From NCBI GenBank assembly GCA_016281935.1, contig JAEEJN010000078.1:17059-81058 (forward strand): a stretch of DNA of 64,000 nucleotides. The letters are read 5' to 3'. The position numbers and the translations under genes are program-made. This stretch comes from Bacillota bacterium (GTDB taxonomy: Bacteria > Bacillota > Clostridia > Christensenellales > UMGS416). Below, piece by piece: positions 63,373-64,000 of the stretch. Position 1 is the first letter of the stretch. Each line of letters opens with the position of its first letter. Below the pieces are notes generated by a model, which was not told the DNA's origin, made no database searches, and was given only the letters and a program-made list of their open reading frames with translations.

Positions 63373-63936
63373 TCAGCGGATGTTTGCATTGATCGCTTTC
63401 ACGATTTCCACGAATCGGATATCTCCGTCCACCAGGATCTCCGATATCGGCTCCCGTCCGTCCTCATTGGGTCCGTTCCTCCAGTAGATCTCCGCTTTCC
63501 GGAGATTCTCTTCCTCGGACACCGAACCGTCGAAGCACTTGTGTGCGTCTCCGAAAAAGCACCTCCCTTCCGCCTCGATCTTCGCGATCCCGTAGGTCGG
63601 ACGGCCGAGCCCTGCGAAATACTCCGCCCATTGCTCGGCTTCCCTCAAAGTTCGGGACACATACAGAGAGGCCATCCTGGACGGATACTGCGGAAATCCG
63701 GCTCTCCTGACTTTTTCCATTGCCAGTTCTCTCAGCGCCACACGGATCTCATGGCTCAGTTCTTTACCCATGTAAGCTTCCGGATCACGATAGATATCCT
63801 CCACGATCCCGATCTGCTCAAAGACCCGTTTGCGGACAAAGTTCGGATGTGCTTCATCGAGAAGGATGCGGTCTCCTGCCGTTTTCGGAACATCCGAGAT
63901 CACATGAAAATAGATCATTCCCGTGCCAGCTGTCAA
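63373..63936 (-). CDS. hypothetical cytoplasmic protein, no recognised domain
   Basis: 187 aa. The TTG at 63936 overlaps the TGA of the upstream partial gene (TTGA). An alternative ATG lies at 63918. Confidence 0.65.
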   Translation of the reverse strand: MTAGTGMIYFHVISDVPKTAGDRILLDEAHPNFVRKRVFEQIGIVEDIYRDPEAYMGKELSHEIRVALRELAMEKVRRAGFPQYPSRMASLYVSRTLREAEQWAEYFAGLGRPTYGIAKIEAEGRCFFGDAHKCFDGSVSEEENLRKAEIYWRNGPNEDGREPISEILVDGDIRFVEIVKAINANIR

Positions 63937-64000
63937 ACTGTCAGTTCCATGCCGTCATAAGACATGATGAATCCGAAAGCCTCGTAAACTCCCCTGTCGT
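63933..64000 (-). CDS. 3' end of a gene entering from the right edge (C-terminus is GNAT-acetyltransferase-like)
   Basis: Minus-strand translation gives ...DRGVYEAFGFIMSYDGMELTV*. The xxYEAFGF pattern resembles the C-terminal acetyl-CoA-binding end of GNAT proteins. Only 22 codons are visible. Confidence 0.35.
   Translation of the reverse strand, partial: DRGVYEAFGFIMSYDGMELTV

Noticed and set aside
1-64000. Mobile elements, prophage, defence islands and rRNA.
   Set aside because: I found no transposase, integrase, recombinase, phage structural, restriction-modification, toxin-antitoxin or cas-like protein in any frame. I also noticed no long terminal or inverted repeats. The only hint is the tRNA-Arg gene near the right edge, which is reported as a low-interest finding.

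Overview
A visibly GC-rich chromosomal segment with Gram-positive-type Shine-Dalgarno sites (AGGAGG) and Firmicutes/Clostridia-style synteny: yerC followed by a UvrD/PcrA-type helicase start, and nth-obg-yhbY-nadD-yqeK-rsfS. I call about 66 protein genes, one tRNA-Arg(CCT), and a set of promoters and rho-independent terminators. I see no rRNA, CRISPR array, transposase, integrase or phage genes. Content is mostly housekeeping and accessory metabolism:
- Stress: hsp20, and htpG in an odd cupin-htpG-gtrA unit.
- Metal handling: two COG0523-like GTPases, an AKR-ferredoxin fusion, sufC-sufBD, and an arsR-type repressor with a His-rich P1B ATPase.
- Amino acid and cofactor genes: hom, coaX plus an ECF S-component, and an Lrp regulator plus an aminotransferase.
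- Glycan and hexuronate genes: a BNR sialidase-like protein, cutC plus glycosylasparaginase, GGT, a beta-helix protein, and uxaC-eda-kdgK plus two TIM-barrel isomerases.
- Transport: a GldA/F/G-like ABC cassette plus several other transporters.

Nothing is an obvious new defence or mobile system. The best candidates for under-described biology are:
1. The paired COG0523 module at 25.5-27.6 kb. One member carries a roughly 90-aa tandem-repeat His/Asp tract. The other is a degenerate paralog fused to a DUF1980/TIGR03943-like CC-motif domain.
2. A macro-domain-HTH fusion followed by a cytosolic vWA protein (32.7-34.6 kb).
3. A zinc-ribbon membrane protein plus a secreted TPM-domain protein, resembling YdjG/YdjH but lacking PspA (44.5-46.4 kb).

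All calls rest on reading motifs, RBS placement and gene context by eye. No database search was possible.
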